Below, piece after piece: positions 25,075 through 38,213 of a DNA stretch of 64,000 bases. The stretch comes from Octopus sinensis. Taxonomy: Eukaryota. The DNA lies in assembly GCF_006345805.1 (NCBI RefSeq), contig NC_043006.1, forward strand, positions 3,968,001 through 4,032,000. The letters run 5' to 3'. The stretch's first letter is position 1. Every line of letters begins with the position of its first letter. The notes below the pieces were generated by a model. That model made no database searches, had not been told where the DNA came from, and saw nothing but the letters and a program-made list of their open reading frames with translations. Position numbers and translations under genes: made by a program.

Positions 25075-26470
25075 CTAATATTTGAGCTGGTAGAATCGTT
25101 AGTACACCAAGCAAAATGCTTGACGGCATTTCCAGTGTCCTTATGTTCTGAGTTCAAATTCTGCTTTTCATTCTTTCGGGGTCAATAAATTAGATAGCAG
25201 TTGACCGTTGGGACCAACGTAATCGACTTAACCCCTACCCGAAATTGCTGGCCTTGTACCAAAATTTGAAACTAGTATTATCTATTTATTTTTTTTATTT
25301 TAGTCGGGAAGGAAACTTCTTTGAAACTTCTTTACTCGGCGCGGTAACGATTCTGCCAGCCCGATGCCGTGACGAGAACCTAACAAAAAATACGTTCGGG
25401 ATGTTTATTCTTCTGCCAAAAATAGACGCAGATACTATTTTTAATTTAATTCCAGGAATACTTCCCTTGCCTCTCTTTACCAAAATTAACTGAACTCATT
25501 TCTATTCTCAATATTGGTTTCAAATTTTGGCACAAGGCCAGCAAGTTCGGGGAAGAAAGTAATTCGATCACATCGATCTCAATGCTCTGCTGATACTTAT
25601 TTTATCGACCCCGAAAGAATGAAAAATAAATCATCTAAGTATAATTTGAACTCAAAAGGGAAAGTCAGAAGTTTCTCTCAGCCGTTTGTCCGGCGGACGA
25701 AATACCTATTTCTTTACTACCCACAAGGGGCTAAACACAGAGAGGACAAATAAGGACAGATAAACAGATTAAGCCGATTATATCGACCCCAGTGTGTAAC
25801 TGGCACTTATTTAATCGACCCCGAAAGGATGAAAGGCAAAGTCGACCTCGGTGGAATTTGAACTCAGAACGTAGCGGCAGACGAAATACCGCTAAGCATT
25901 TTACCCGACGCGCTAACGATGCAGCCAGATCCCTGCCTTCGTGATGTCTAATAACAAAAGACACGTTCGGAGTTATCATTCTACTGCAAAAGATATGCAC
26001 ATATCTTGATCGAAATGAATTAATCTCATTTCTATCCTCAGTATCAACGGGTGAAATGTTGAACAGCATTTCGTCCGTCTTTACTTTCTGAGTTCAAATT
26101 CCGCCGAGGTCCAGTTTGTCTTTCATACTCTCGGAGTCTATAAAATAAGAACCAGTCGAGTCCGGGGGTTGATGGAATCGACTTACCCCACCCCCTAAAT
26201 CGTTGACCTTGCGATAAAGTTTGAAAACAATATTAATGAGTGAAATTAAAGTAGCGAGCTGGCAGAACCGGTGGTGCGTCGGACAAAATGCTTAGCGGTA
26301 TTTCGTCCAGCTTTATGCTCTGAGTTCGAATTCCACAGAGGTCCATTTTGCTTTTCATCCTTTCGGGGTCGCTAAAATAAGTACCTGTTGAGCCCTGAGG
26401 CCGATGTAATTGACTTACCTCCTCCATTAAAACTACTGGCCTTGTGCCAGAATTTGAAATCAGATATTAA
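25075..26470. mobile_element. Cluster of about six SINE family A copies/fragments in both orientations
   Basis: Repeated GAGTTCAAATTC / GAATTTGAACTC and CCCCGAAAG blocks; the best copy is 25705-25938 (minus). Confidence 0.8.
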
Positions 26471-28266
26471 TGGGTGGAATTTATATCGGTTTAAAATTCT
26501 TGCCAAGTGCATTAAGCGTGTTGTGGTAACAGCCACTTTACTATTTGTTTTACACACAGCGAGTGTCCATGGGATTTTCGAACCTCACCTCCTAACATCG
26601 TTATTATATGATATCAGCATCATATGAAATCAATGTAATGTAGTTAATAATAAATCATTTCTTTCAAGTTGAGTTGTTCCTATTTATTCTAAAATTCTTT
26701 CTAACGATATAAGGATGATTATAAGAATTTCAGTTCTTATATTTGTCCTTTATTTCCAATACTTACCAAAGATCAAGTTCAATCTCTCATTATACGCTCT
26801 GCACCACTTATTTTTTTAATCAACAAATTTACTCTTAAAATGTTCTGGCAGGTTCGAACGCAAATATACTACTCGCTGTTGTGTTCGTCACAGGAGAACA
26901 ATTTCTTGTTGACAACGATTATGTGTTCATTATACACTCGAACCATTAATACAAGGGATTCTCTGGAACACTAGAGTTTCGACATGTGTCTTGTCACCCA
27001 GAAATAACCGGATTAATGTATCTAATCCAGAGCCTATCGTATTGTCTATAATTTCAACAAACAAACTATTCGCTGATCAGTGCTGATATCTGCCAGCTGT
27101 TAATAAATCGTTGTATTCCCGTTGAATAGATCCAAAATGATGCCTTGCTTATTTATTCTTGATACATTTAGGCAGATTCGAACATGAATATGCTAACCGC
27201 TGCTGTTCGTCAAAGAACAGATTCTCCTTTAGGGAAAAGAGGTCATCTGTCTTCTCATGTAGCATGTACAGGCCTCTCTCTCCCTCTCCTACTCTTTCTC
27301 TATCCCTCTCTCTTTATTTCTCTTTTTCGCTTTTTCTCTCTCACACACACTTTTTTATTCCTCTCTTTCTTTAACTCTCAATTTTTTCACTTTCTCTCTC
27401 TCTCTCTTTCTCTCTCATTTTCTCGTATTCATTTCTTTCTGGCATTCAAATATACCTCAGTCTCATCTAAGACATATTTTCTGCGAAAAGAAAAGAAGAA
27501 ATTCATTCCATTTCTCCAACAACATCCCTCTTCAAACTTATCTACCGAATTGACATCCCTCTACTTTCGTATGAGCTCGTAAATATCGCCGTGGCGAGCA
27601 CAAACATTAAAGTCAACTACGCTCCTCCTCTTCATAGGTGGCAGACTCCTGGCGATGAGGACGTCGAGCATTAAAACGAGGTGGACATATTGTCATGTTT
27701 AATAAAATCAAGATGGTTTCCATCGTTTGAAATTTGCCCAACACTCTAACAAATTACAAAACAAGAAATATCTTGACGCAAACTTGATTTTGTCATCTCA
27801 TTAATAAAGAGGTAGTGGTGCTAAAAACTTCACTATTATTTGGTGTGAGATTTAGGGACAGGTATTTGTGAGTTTGAAAACAGCTGAATTACACAGTTCT
27901 TATTTATGATTTTAATGGAACCGAATAATTCCAGTCAGTTGCGCCGAATAGATGTCTGGCCGAAAGGAAATGCGTTGAGTTAAATATTACATCGATGTGT
28001 GGACTGCCGGTATTTAGGGGCCAGGATATAATGTTAAGATTTAAGACCTAATCCGTATGGCCCCCTCCCCATTTTAAAGGCTGCGTGGAAGTTATTGAGG
28101 GAGCTATGGAAGTTAAATTGACAAGGTAAAACATTTACAAACTCTATCTCTCCCTCCCTATACATAGTTTAGAGTCCCGTTAAGGTAAGAGCTAAACAAA
28201 ATAAAGTACGACACCGAGTGAGAAATAAATGTTCAATGTACATAAAATTACATATATATATATATA

Positions 28267-28659
28267 CTAGCAGTATCGCCCGGCGTTGCTTGGGTTTGTA
28301 AGGGAAATAACTATATAAGCATTTTTAGAGATGTAAAGTATAATAGCCATCTCAATATGGCTAACCACAAAGGAGGGGTGTTACTGTAGCTTTTTTCGTT
28401 CTGAGATTTAATAAAAAATATTTAGAGAGTTACTTCCCTTATATATGCCAAAAATGCATTAAAATGGGAAAAATTGATGGTAAATTTTTTAAAATCGTAG
28501 ACTCATCGTAGACGCGCGCTAATACCCAGAAGGGCTCGATATGAATTACGACTATAAGATACCCGGTTTTGGTTAAACTGCACCGCAAAATGTGGGACTA
28601 GTTAGGAATCTAAATCGCAGGAGACAGACAGCACACAACCTCATTTTTATATATAAAGA
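28267..28659 (-). mobile_element. Non-autonomous Helitron
   Basis: Minus strand begins A|TCTTTATATATAAAA and ends with hairpin CCC.AGCAACGCCGGG followed by CTAG|T, the canonical Helitron termini. Confidence 0.8.
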
Positions 28660-28709
28660 TATATATATATATAACAAAGTGATGTTGCAAGGTACCGCAC
28701 GAGTGGAAA

Positions 28710-28843
28710 TATATATGAAAGAAGGTTTGAAAATACAATTTTAAAGGTGTTTATTCACTTGACCGGTTTCTCTTTTTTCTTTTTCTAAAAAAGTGAAACC
28801 GTCAAGTGAATAAACATCTTTAAAATTGTATTTTCAAGCCTTC

Positions 28844-28856
<13 letters not shown>
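28710..28856. repeat. Fold-back palindrome (~60-bp arms) in (TA)n
   Basis: ATATGAAAGAAGGTTTGAAAATACAATTTTAAAGGTGTTTATTCACTTGACCGGTTTC matches the reverse complement of GAAACCGTCAAGTGAATAAACATCTTTAAAATTGTATTTTCAAGCCTTCTTTCATAT. Confidence 0.9.
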
Positions 28857-28878
<22 letters not shown>

Positions 28879-28882
<4 letters not shown>

Positions 28883-30170
28883 GTCATCCCATAGATAATG
28901 CGGTTTTTCAATTGCATGAACTAAAAGTCGGAGGGGGACGGGATATACTGCCTGTATCAACTTGCTGTAAAAGTATGTAGTAAGTTTACCTTGTACTTAT
29001 CTTTAGTGAAAGTTTTGAAGAGTGCAGTTCGATTTTAACAGTTATTTTTGCAAAGCTATAAGTGAAGTGACAAAGGAGCACACTCGGTATATTTTACTTT
29101 ATGAGTTCAATAAAGGCAACAACGCGAGGAATATTAATGCAGTTTAAGGGGATCGGACAATAAGCGTAAACCAATGTCAACGGTGATTCCAGAAATTCCG
29201 AGCCGGAAACTACAGCCTAGAAGACGAGCTTCGTCCTGGAAAATCTGTAGAGCTTGACGAAGACGTCCTGCAAACCCTGGTGGAACAAAATCACATCATA
29301 ACTGTTGAGGAACTAGCAGAGAAGCTTGGATTTGGTCATTTAACCATTCAAAACCTGCTTGCCATCGGAAGAGTCAGCAAATTAGGTCAATGGGTTCCTC
29401 ACAACATTCTGAATCTAATCGCATGCAGAGAGTGAATGTGTGCTCTTTTTTGCTGTCATGTCTCATGAATGAACTGTTTTTCGACCGAATAGTGACTGGT
29501 GACGAGAAAATGGGACCTCAATAAAAATGTCGAGCGCCAAAGACAGTGGGTAGGGAAAGGAGAAACACAGGCACCCCAGGCAAAAGAAGGTTTTCACCCA
29601 CATAAGATGTTGTTATCTGTTTGTTGGGATACGAAAGGTTTAATCGACTTTGAACTTTTAAACCCAAACCAAATGATAACAAAGGAGATCTATTGCGAGC
29701 AGCTTGAGCGGCTGAAGTCAGTCAGCGCTTGAAGAAAACTGACAATCTTTGGTTTCAAGACGAAACGGATTCTTCCATCAGGATAATGCTCGGTCACATA
29801 CAGCAAGGGTGACATTCCAAAGGCTGGAGCAGTTTGAATGAGAAACGAAGCTCCATCCACGATATTCGTCGGACATTGCTGATTATCATTTATTCCGATT
29901 ATCTGGTTATCATTTATTCTGCAGTCTTCAAAATCATTTGGACGGAAAAAAATACAAATTCTGTAGACGAGGTCAGAACAATACTGGAGGAGTATCTTTC
30001 GTCACAGACAGGTGAATTTTGAAAGAGAGGCCTTACAAGTTTACCAGATAGATGGAAAAGCATTGTAGATGGAAGGAGAGTATATTTTATATAAAAAAAG
30101 AACTTTGTTTATCTTAATTTAGAAAACTAAAAAAAGTATTTTTAAAAACTGCATTATTAATGGGATTACC

Positions 30171-30173
<3 letters not shown>
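28879..30173 (+). mobile_element. Full-length (~1.3 kb) mariner element, transposase pseudogenised
   Basis: ~30-bp TIRs TTGGGTCATCCCATAGATAATGCGGTTTTT / AAAAACTGCATTATTAATGGGATTACCCAA in (TA)n; motifs WVPH, IVTGDEK, HQDNARSH, YSSDIADYHLF, LPDRWKSIV..EGEY, with stops and frameshifts. Confidence 0.92.
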
Positions 30174-30211
<38 letters not shown>

Positions 30212-30496
30212 CATGAGTGAGTGAATAAACGAACGGAAGAAGCATTCAGCACATATAGTTGGAGTTGGAGTAGATAACAGGTTCATTGACTACCTTAAGC
30301 TACTTATAGTTTCGTGGACTTGATGAAAAAAAAACGCAGCCAGTTCTTCTGACATTAGGAAGCTTTTGAACGTCAGAGAGCTGGTTGTGCTTATTCAATA
30401 AATAGATATGTTTATGTATATATGTACGTACATGTGTATGCATAAAACTGCCAGACCAAACTATCAAAATTGTAGCTTAGCTCAATATTTTTTTTT

Positions 30497-30893
30497 CTAC
30501 TCTAGACACAAGGCCCGAAATTTTGATGGAAGGGGGGGGGCAATCGATTAGATCAACCCCTGTACAAAACTGGTATTTAATTTATTGATTCCCGAAAGGA
30601 TGAATGGCAAAGTCCACCTCGTCGGGATTTGAACCCAGAAAGTAAAAACAGACGAAATACCTATTTCTTTATTACCCGCAAGGGGCTAAACACAGAGGAG
30701 ACAAACAAGGACAGACAGACGGATTAAGTCGATTATATCGACCCCAGTGCGTAACTGGTACCTAATTTATAAACCCCGAAAGGATGAAAGGCAAAGTCGA
30801 CTTCGGCGGAATTTGAACTCAGAACGTAACGGCAGACGAAATACGGCTACGCATTTCGCCCGGAGCGCTAACGTTTCTGCCAGCTCGCCACCT
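30497..30893 (-). mobile_element. Two abutting SINE family A units
   Basis: A well-conserved copy at 30660-30893 is joined at GACGAAATAC|CTATTTC to a headless, more diverged unit at 30497-30660. Confidence 0.85.
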
Positions 30894-31739
30894 TGCTTAG
30901 CTTAATATATAAATAATAAAAGATTTAAAGAATCAAAAACAAGTTTAAATCACTGTAACTGAAGGATGAAGGAAATCTACACAGTTTGAAAGTGTCTTCA
31001 CCACCGTTCCACCCTTCCATGTTGCTTGATTAGAAACGAATGCTAATACACTGTCAGTTAATCTTGAAGGAAATGTGGACATTAACTGTTGTTTATGGTT
31101 TAAAAAGGAAATGAGAGAGAGAAAAAATAATGACAGAATAGTCCATCTTTAACGTTATCTTTGATTGAAGGCTCTCACTTTTTGAGACGCATTTGTAGTT
31201 GAAGTAAACTTTGTACTGGAGTTATTTTATAACAATCAGGTGATCTCACAAAATCTGGGTTGGTGGAAATTTATGGCTTTAGACAAAAGAGCTAAAAATA
31301 ATATTTAAAAAAGACATTAATAAAAAATAGCAATAATGAAGTCGTGAATAATAATAACGGTTTCAAATGTTGACACAATGTCAGAAGTTGTTAGGTAAGT
31401 TGATTACATCGATCTCGATGCTTAACTGGGGCTTTATTTTGTCGACCCCCTAGAGAATAAAAAACAGTGCTGGCTCGAACACAATTTGAACCGCAGAGTG
31501 TAGTCATAACAAATATTTCGTGGTATTTTTTTTCCTGATTCCGTAACAATTTTGCTGTTCTACCGTTCTAAATACAATCGCTTTCTGGATCATGTCTGAG
31601 AACGTGTCGGATCTGGTTTCAGCGTCAGCTTCCTATTTCGTCACTGATCCTGTTGATGCCTGTTATCGTCTCAATTGTAACGAAGATCATGAAAGCGATT
31701 GTATGATGGCACAAAAGTGTCAGCTTCAGGAGAAAAGAG

Positions 31740-31885
31740 CAGCAGGGCACCCTAAAAGATGAAGGACCACTGACAAGGAAAGGAGATGAACGAGAAGATG
31801 AACGAGAAGCTAGAACGAGACCAGAACAGTAACAGAAAACAGAGATTGTGTTGTGGCCTTATGTGCCTCGTGACACGGGGAGAAC
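31740..31885 (+). mobile_element. Possible RTE LINE 3' terminal fragment
   Basis: GKRAAGHPKR (GKR.RGRP-like) followed by a short UTR-like tail ending GGAGAACTAAC; weak similarity only. Confidence 0.35.
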
Positions 31886-32076
31886 TAACAAACTAATCAC
31901 CCTAAGTAATGGTTTCTGATTTATGTACAACCCCGAAGGATGAAAGGCAAAGTCGACCTCGGCAGAATTTGAACTCAGAACGTAGCGGCAGACAAAATAC
32001 CGCACAACATTTCCCTGGCATGCTAACGATTCTGTCAGCCCACCGCCTCAATAATAATAACAACAACAACAATAAC

Positions 32077-32130
<54 letters not shown>

Positions 32131-32820
32131 CTTTTCTACTACGGGTACCAGAAAAGGGAAGTTCATAAAGGAAGAAACCATAGAACTTAATCCTATGACA
32201 GCTATTTGAAACTTAGACCAATCCGAAGTATACAGATATCTAGGAACCAACGGAGGTGATGGTATTCAGCATTGTAAAATGAAAAAGAAAATCCGCAAGA
32301 AATACCCCCGAAGGGTAAGAATGGTCCTAAGCTCAGAATTGAATGCTGCTAGCAGAATTGATGCGATCAATTCTTTTGCTATACCAATAACCACATATAG
32401 CTTCGGTGACATTGGATGGAGTCTCACTGACATGCAGAATATGGATAGAAAGATCCGTAAAATTTTTAGAAGGTACCGAATGCACCATCCAAAATAAAGG
32501 AATACGAAAAGCTTTCTCACTAAAAAATTCTGCAAATTAAAATCCCCAAATTGTGGAAGGTTAGTACTACGATAATACCAGTAGTGATTGGTGCGTTGAG
32601 AACGATAAAGAAGGGAGCTGAGAGGTATATTAAGCAACTCCCTGGTAACTCCAATCTCCGTGAGCTACAAAAGATAACCTTGATGAGTGCAGCCCATATA
32701 CAATGGAATGCACTCTCCATCTAAAATGGAATAAACCAAAATGCCCTCGCTACTGCTGGCCTCCGGAGGACGCCCGGTACTAAGGCAGCTAAACTAAAGT
32801 TATAATGGAAGGAAACCAGA
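32131..32820 (+). mobile_element. Internally deleted R4/Dong-like LINE between two (AAT)n arrays
   Basis: YRYLG...KMKKKIRKKYPRRVRMVLSSELNA..IDAINSFAIP...DRKIRK...MHHPK is fused at ~32495 to KEYEKLS..LQIKIPKLWKV..IPVVIGAL...LQKITLMSAAHI; 3' UTR 32725-32820. Confidence 0.9.
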
Positions 32821-32867
<47 letters not shown>

Positions 32868-32893
32868 TGATGATGATGATGATAATGATAATA

Positions 32894-32925
<32 letters not shown>

Positions 32926-33195
32926 GATGATGACGATAATGATAATAATAATAGTAATAATAATAATAATAATAATGATGATGATGATGATGATAATAAT
33001 GATAATGATAATGATAATAATATAATAATGATAATAATAATAATAATAATAATAATGATGATGATGATGATAATGATAATAATAATGATAATAATAATAA
33101 TGATGATGATGACGATAATGATAATAATAATAGTAATAATAATAATAATAATAGTAATAATAATAATAATAATAATGATGATGATGATGATGATA

Positions 33196-33232
<37 letters not shown>

Positions 33233-33234
33233 TG

Positions 33235-33268
<34 letters not shown>

Positions 33269-33297
33269 TGATGATGATGATGATGATAATGATAATA

Positions 33298-33364
<67 letters not shown>

Positions 33365-33385
33365 TGATGATGATGATGATGATAA
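32821..33385. repeat. Long compound (AAT)n/(GAT)n array
   Basis: Directly visible; it is the source of the poly-I/L/Y/H ORFs. Confidence 0.95.
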
Positions 33386-33616
33386 GTGTGCCAAATGAAG
33401 GCACTATTACTAGTGAGAACTATTACTACCCATGTATTTTTATTTAACTTTATTTCTATCAAAAAAAAAAAAATTAACGAACTAGTGAGTTTAGTTTAAT
33501 GGCCTACCAATGTATACTATGAGTTTCTTTGCCCTAGGAGTCGGGAAGACACTCGGCAAGAAATGGAAGCAAATTTGAAAGAAGAAAAACCCATAATAAT
33601 AATAATAATAATAATA

Positions 33617-33660
<44 letters not shown>

Positions 33661-34068
33661 ATAATAATAATAATAATAATAATAGTAATCCTTTGGCTTA
33701 AAATTTTGGTGCTAATCAATTATAGCTACGCCAGTGTTCAGCTGGTAATTACTTTATCAAACCTGAACGGTTGAACGGTATCGATAAAAGACAGACAATA
33801 TTTAGGGAGCGTGAAAGTCGATTACATCGACCCCAGTGTCTAACTGGTACGTAATTTTTCAATCCCGAAAAGATAAAAGTAAAAGTCGACCGCGGCAGAA
33901 TTTAAACCTCGAGCATAAAGAACCGGAAGAAATGCTGCTAGGCATTTTGTCCGATTCGCGAACCATTCAACCAACGCGCCGCCTTTTTCTGATTAGTCTG
34001 AGAGCCAGCAGTTTCGAAGAAAGGGAGTTAGTTGATTACATCAACCCCATTAATTGATGGATACTAGG

Positions 34069-34291
34069 AGAGGGGTGCTGAAAAGCTCCTGGCTCTAAGG
34101 GTGTCACGAAAGGCCTGGTTGGAGGCCCAGCCTTCCGAGTTCTTTCACGGGGACAAGAAAAGCTGAAGGACCGCTACAATAAGTGTGTGAATGTGAGAGA
34201 GGAATATGTTGAATAGAATCATAATTAACTGATCCTGCTGAATTTTTTTTTTTTACCCAAACTCAGGAACTTTTCAGCCCCCCCCCCCTCG
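34069..34291 (+). mobile_element. Mariner-derived MITE inserted in a SINE family A copy
   Basis: TIRs GAGGGGTGCTGAAAAG.TCCTGG / CAGGAACTTTTCAG.CCCCTCG followed by TA; internal KLKDRYNKCVNVREEYVE* is a mariner C-terminus. Confidence 0.8.
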
Positions 34292-34340
34292 TATTTTGTC
34301 AATCACGATTAGATGAAAGGCAAAGTCAACCTCGACTAGA

Positions 34341-34735
34341 GACGTAGGAGTGGGTGTGTGGTAAGTAGCTTCCTTACCAACCACATGGTTCCGGGTTCAG
34401 TCCACTGCGTGGCATCTTGGACAAGTGTCTTCTACTATAGCCTCGGGCCGACCAAAGCCTTGTGAGTGGATTTGGTAGACGGAAACTGAAAGAAGCCCAT
34501 CGTATATGTGTGTGTGTGAGTGTGTGTTTGTGTGTGTCTGTGTTTGTCCCCACCAACATCGCTTGACAACTGATGCTGATGTGTTTACGTCCCCGTAACT
34601 TAGCGTAGCCGTTCGGCAAAAAGAGACCGATAGGCATTACAAAGAATAAGTCCTGGGGTCCTTTTGCTCGACTAAAGGTGGTGCTCCAGCATGGCCACAA
34701 TCAAATGACTGAAACAAGTAAAAGAGTAAAAAGAG
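34341..34735 (+). mobile_element. tRNA-derived SINE family B, near full length
   Basis: tRNA-like head with GTGTGGTAAG and GGTTCAGTCCC boxes, CORE-like CTTGGACAAGTGTCTTC segment, internal GT repeat, tail ATGACTGAAACAAGTAAAAGA. It may be one of the published octopus SINE families; not assignable without alignment. Confidence 0.85.
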
Positions 34736-35304
34736 AAAGTACATTTCAACTGAGGACGTAAAGCGTCGGAAGCAATACCGAAAAGAATTTCTTTGAACGC
34801 TGTACCGGTTTTGCCACCTTGCCGGTAACAACAACAACAACAACCACAGCAATAATAATAATAATAATCCTAAAAGCTTTATGATAATATGGGTTTCAAC
34901 AATTTAATTCTTTGCTATTCACTAATATAATGGACAGTGATTTTTTTCCTCACACCTTCATTGAATTGCGTCTCTCAATAAACTTGGAAAACGTGTTGCA
35001 CAGTAATCAGCACTTGAAGAGTTCACAAGAAATTTCGTCTAACCTTTTAGGCGTAACCGATAAGCACAAGTTATAATATCTTGGTCAGTTTATGTGACAT
35101 TCATTGTCCCCGGAATTAAGTCTATAGTGTTCAGGTCACACGGCAAACAAACACTCTGAAATATGTTGTCGCTCTTTCCAGGAAAAAAAAAAGTGCATAT
35201 TTTTTTATTAAAATTATTTTTTTATTTTTTATTTTATTTCCTTTCGACCATATAACTTTGCCGTTAAGAAAAACAGGTAACGATTTCAAGTCATAACTCA
35301 AACG

Positions 35305-35370
<66 letters not shown>

Positions 35371-36324
35371 GTCTATCTATCTCTCCCTCTCTCTCTCTCT
35401 CACACACACACACATCTCACTTACTCACACACATACTCTCTCTCTCTGCCACACTCTCTCCCTCACACACATACTCTCTCTCTCTGCCACACTCTCTCCC
35501 TCACACACTCTCTCACACACATACACACATACACACACACACACTACACGTATAAACACGCGTGTTTATATAATCTGTCACTGTTTCTTTGTTAGTATGA
35601 TTTTTTTAATGTTTTATCTGTTTTTAAAATATACTTTACCGCATATCTACGTCAACTATGACGTAAGTAGGTATCTACAAGAACGCATTTTCATTTCTAC
35701 CCTGTAAAGAGAGAGAGAGGGGGGGAGAGAAACAAACAGATAGATAGACCGTGACCCAGAAAAAAAAGAGGGAGCGAGAGGGTTAAAAAGAAGTAGGTAG
35801 CTAATTATTTACTTATCGTTGTATATTTTCAGTGACTTATTGAAGACGCTTAATGTTATATTGATTTCCAACGTGGACTTGATTTTGAAGCAAGACATAA
35901 CCTCTTTTCTACAATAGGTACAAAGTCTGACATTTTGAGAAGGGCTCGTGATTAACTGATACTCATAGATCGACTCCGAATGTATGAAATCAAAATCGAC
36001 CTCAGAACATAAAGACAGGAAATGCCGTTAAACATTTTACCTGGCGTATTAACCATTCTTTTCTACTATAGGCACAAGGTCCGAAATTTGGTGGGGAGGG
36101 GGCCACTCGATTAGATTGACCCAGTACGCAACTGGTACTTAATTTATCGACCTCGAAAGGATGAAAGACAAAGACGACCTCGGCAGAATATGTACTCAGA
36201 ATGTAACGGCAGACGAAATACTGCAAAGCATTTCGTCTGGCATGCTAACGATTCTGCCAGCTCACCGCTTCAATGTGGTCAATTATATATCGAAGCTAGT
36301 ACTTGGTTAATATATTTTATCACA

Positions 36325-36532
36325 AGGCGGCGAGCAGGCAGAAACGTTAGCGCGCCGGACGAAATGCTTAGCCGTGTTTCGACTGCCCTTACGTTCTGAG
36401 TTCAAATTCCGCCGAGGTCGACTTTGCTTTTCATCCTTTCGGGATCAATAAACTAAATACCAGTTGTGTACTGGGATCGATCTAATCGACTGGCCCCCTA
36501 CCCAAAGTTTTAGGGCCTTGTGCATAGAGAAG
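36325..36532 (+). mobile_element. SINE family A with a 16-bp target-site duplication
   Basis: AATATATTTTATCACA at 36309-36324 and 36533-36548 flanks the element. Confidence 0.9.
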
Positions 36533-36978
36533 AATATATTTTATCACACTTGGAAAATTAAAAAGCGAAGTTAACAGTGGCAAGATTTGAACTCGAATCA
36601 TCATAGTTTGTTTTTATATTTTCATTCACATCTAGGATTTATCCTTTTCTACTTTAGGCGCAAGGCACGAAATTTTGGGGGAGAGGACCAGTCGATTAGA
36701 TCGACAACAGTACGCAACTGGTACTTAATTTACCGATCCAGAAAGCATGAAAGGTAAAGCCAAACCCGGCGGAATTTGAACTCAGAACGTGAAGACGTAC
36801 GAAATACTGCTCAGCATTTTCCCAGGCGTGCTAACGATTCTGCCAGCTCACCGTATTAATAAAGCCACATATACTTTATCGATCATGGAAAAATAAAAAA
36901 GTAAGTTCAAGAGTGGCAAGGTTTGAACTCGAAAGCATCATAGTTTGTTATAATAATTTCATTCGCATCTATGATTTA

Positions 36979-37389
36979 CTAGCAGTATAGCCCAGCGTTG
37001 CTCGGGCTTGTTTTCTTTTCGACCCTTTAGAATTGGAATTTTCCATTATGTAGCTTGTTATTCTCTTTAAGTGAACATTTTTCTGGTTGAAAGACACCGA
37101 AAAATGGCGACACAGAAGTAAAAAAATCGTAAAACCTAAGGATTTCATAGAAAAAAAAGTACATTCTTTATGTAAATAATTTTTGGTGTTAACATGGTCC
37201 GATTTGAATTTTTATTCTACGGAAGGACGAGCAAGCCTTCTATCATACTCTCAATTTTGGTCAACTTGCGCCGCAGGGTCTCGGAGGAGATAGTGTTAGT
37301 TGAAGGCTACCAAACCTTGATTTTTTATTATCCTTAAGGACATACATAGAATGGACGATACAATCACAGATGATTTTACATATAAAGGG
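36979..37389 (-). mobile_element. Non-autonomous Helitron (3' end shared with the 28267 element)
   Basis: CTAGCAGTATAGCCCAGCGTTGCTCGGG is nearly identical to 28267-28294; the 5' boundary is approximate. Confidence 0.65.
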
Positions 37390-37454
37390 TAATTTGGGGT
37401 CGATAAAAATTTAACATGGTTTTATATAAAACGAATGGATAAACAACACAATGT

Positions 37455-38105
37455 GCATTTTTTAAACAAATGGAGTGGGGCGGGTTTACAGACCCCACGA
37501 ACCCCACCTCTTCACTGACCTCGGTTTTTTGGCTTATCTCGCACACACGAGAGACCTTTTATACACGACATTCTTCCATCTTTCATCAAGCACTTTCTTA
37601 CTCAGGCATCTCCTCTCCAGCCCTATTTGTCTCTTTAGGTGGAATATAAAAAATTCCACCAAACCAGGACCAGAGATGAAGTTGCCTGACATCAACCCTC
37701 TCATCCTTGTCTTCCATACTACCTGTTTCGCAACTGCTACCACAGAGAGAAAACAATTCCTACCTTCTTTCGTTAAGAAATCCCGCGGGTCAATTTTCAC
37801 AATGGATTCAGTCGATAGCCGTGCTCCTCCTCCACCTGACAACAGTCGTTCGGCACAAACCCGCATGTCTGACACCTCCGGGACACTGCACATTCGCATG
37901 CGAGACAGTTTCCCTGTTTCACCCACATCTTGGACAGATCGGGGTGTCGTGGCCACCATGCCTTGAGAGTTTATCCCGAACAGGTAAGACACCTCGGTAA
38001 CACTGCCATGCCAAGGAATTCTGAAAATTATCCAGGGGCCTCGGCTCGAATGTACGTTGGAACAATCTGGCCAGCTGATTATCGTCGAAACCTAGGGTCT
38101 CCCCT
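37455..38105 (-). mobile_element. Tx1/L1-clade LINE 3' fragment
   Basis: Minus strand: SLAWQCYRGVLPVRDKLSRHG..PICPRCG*NRETVSHANVQCP (CCHC knuckle), RLSTESIVKI, VAKQVVWKTR, FHLKRQI.LERRCLS..ERW. Confidence 0.8.
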
Positions 38106-38141
38106 AATGTATCATGTGTGTATAGTATAGGACAATCAGTA

Positions 38142-38213
38142 AGCTACGATGCATTTTCGTCGTTTATTTTGACAATAGATTGTCAAAAGAACCGACGAAA
38201 ATGCATCGTAGCT
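38142..38213. repeat. 72-nt near-perfect hairpin (35-bp stem, 2 mismatches)
   Basis: AGCTACGATGCATTTTCGTCG (38142-38162) pairs perfectly with 38193-38213; inner TTTTGACAAT/ATTGTCAAAA. Confidence 0.9.
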
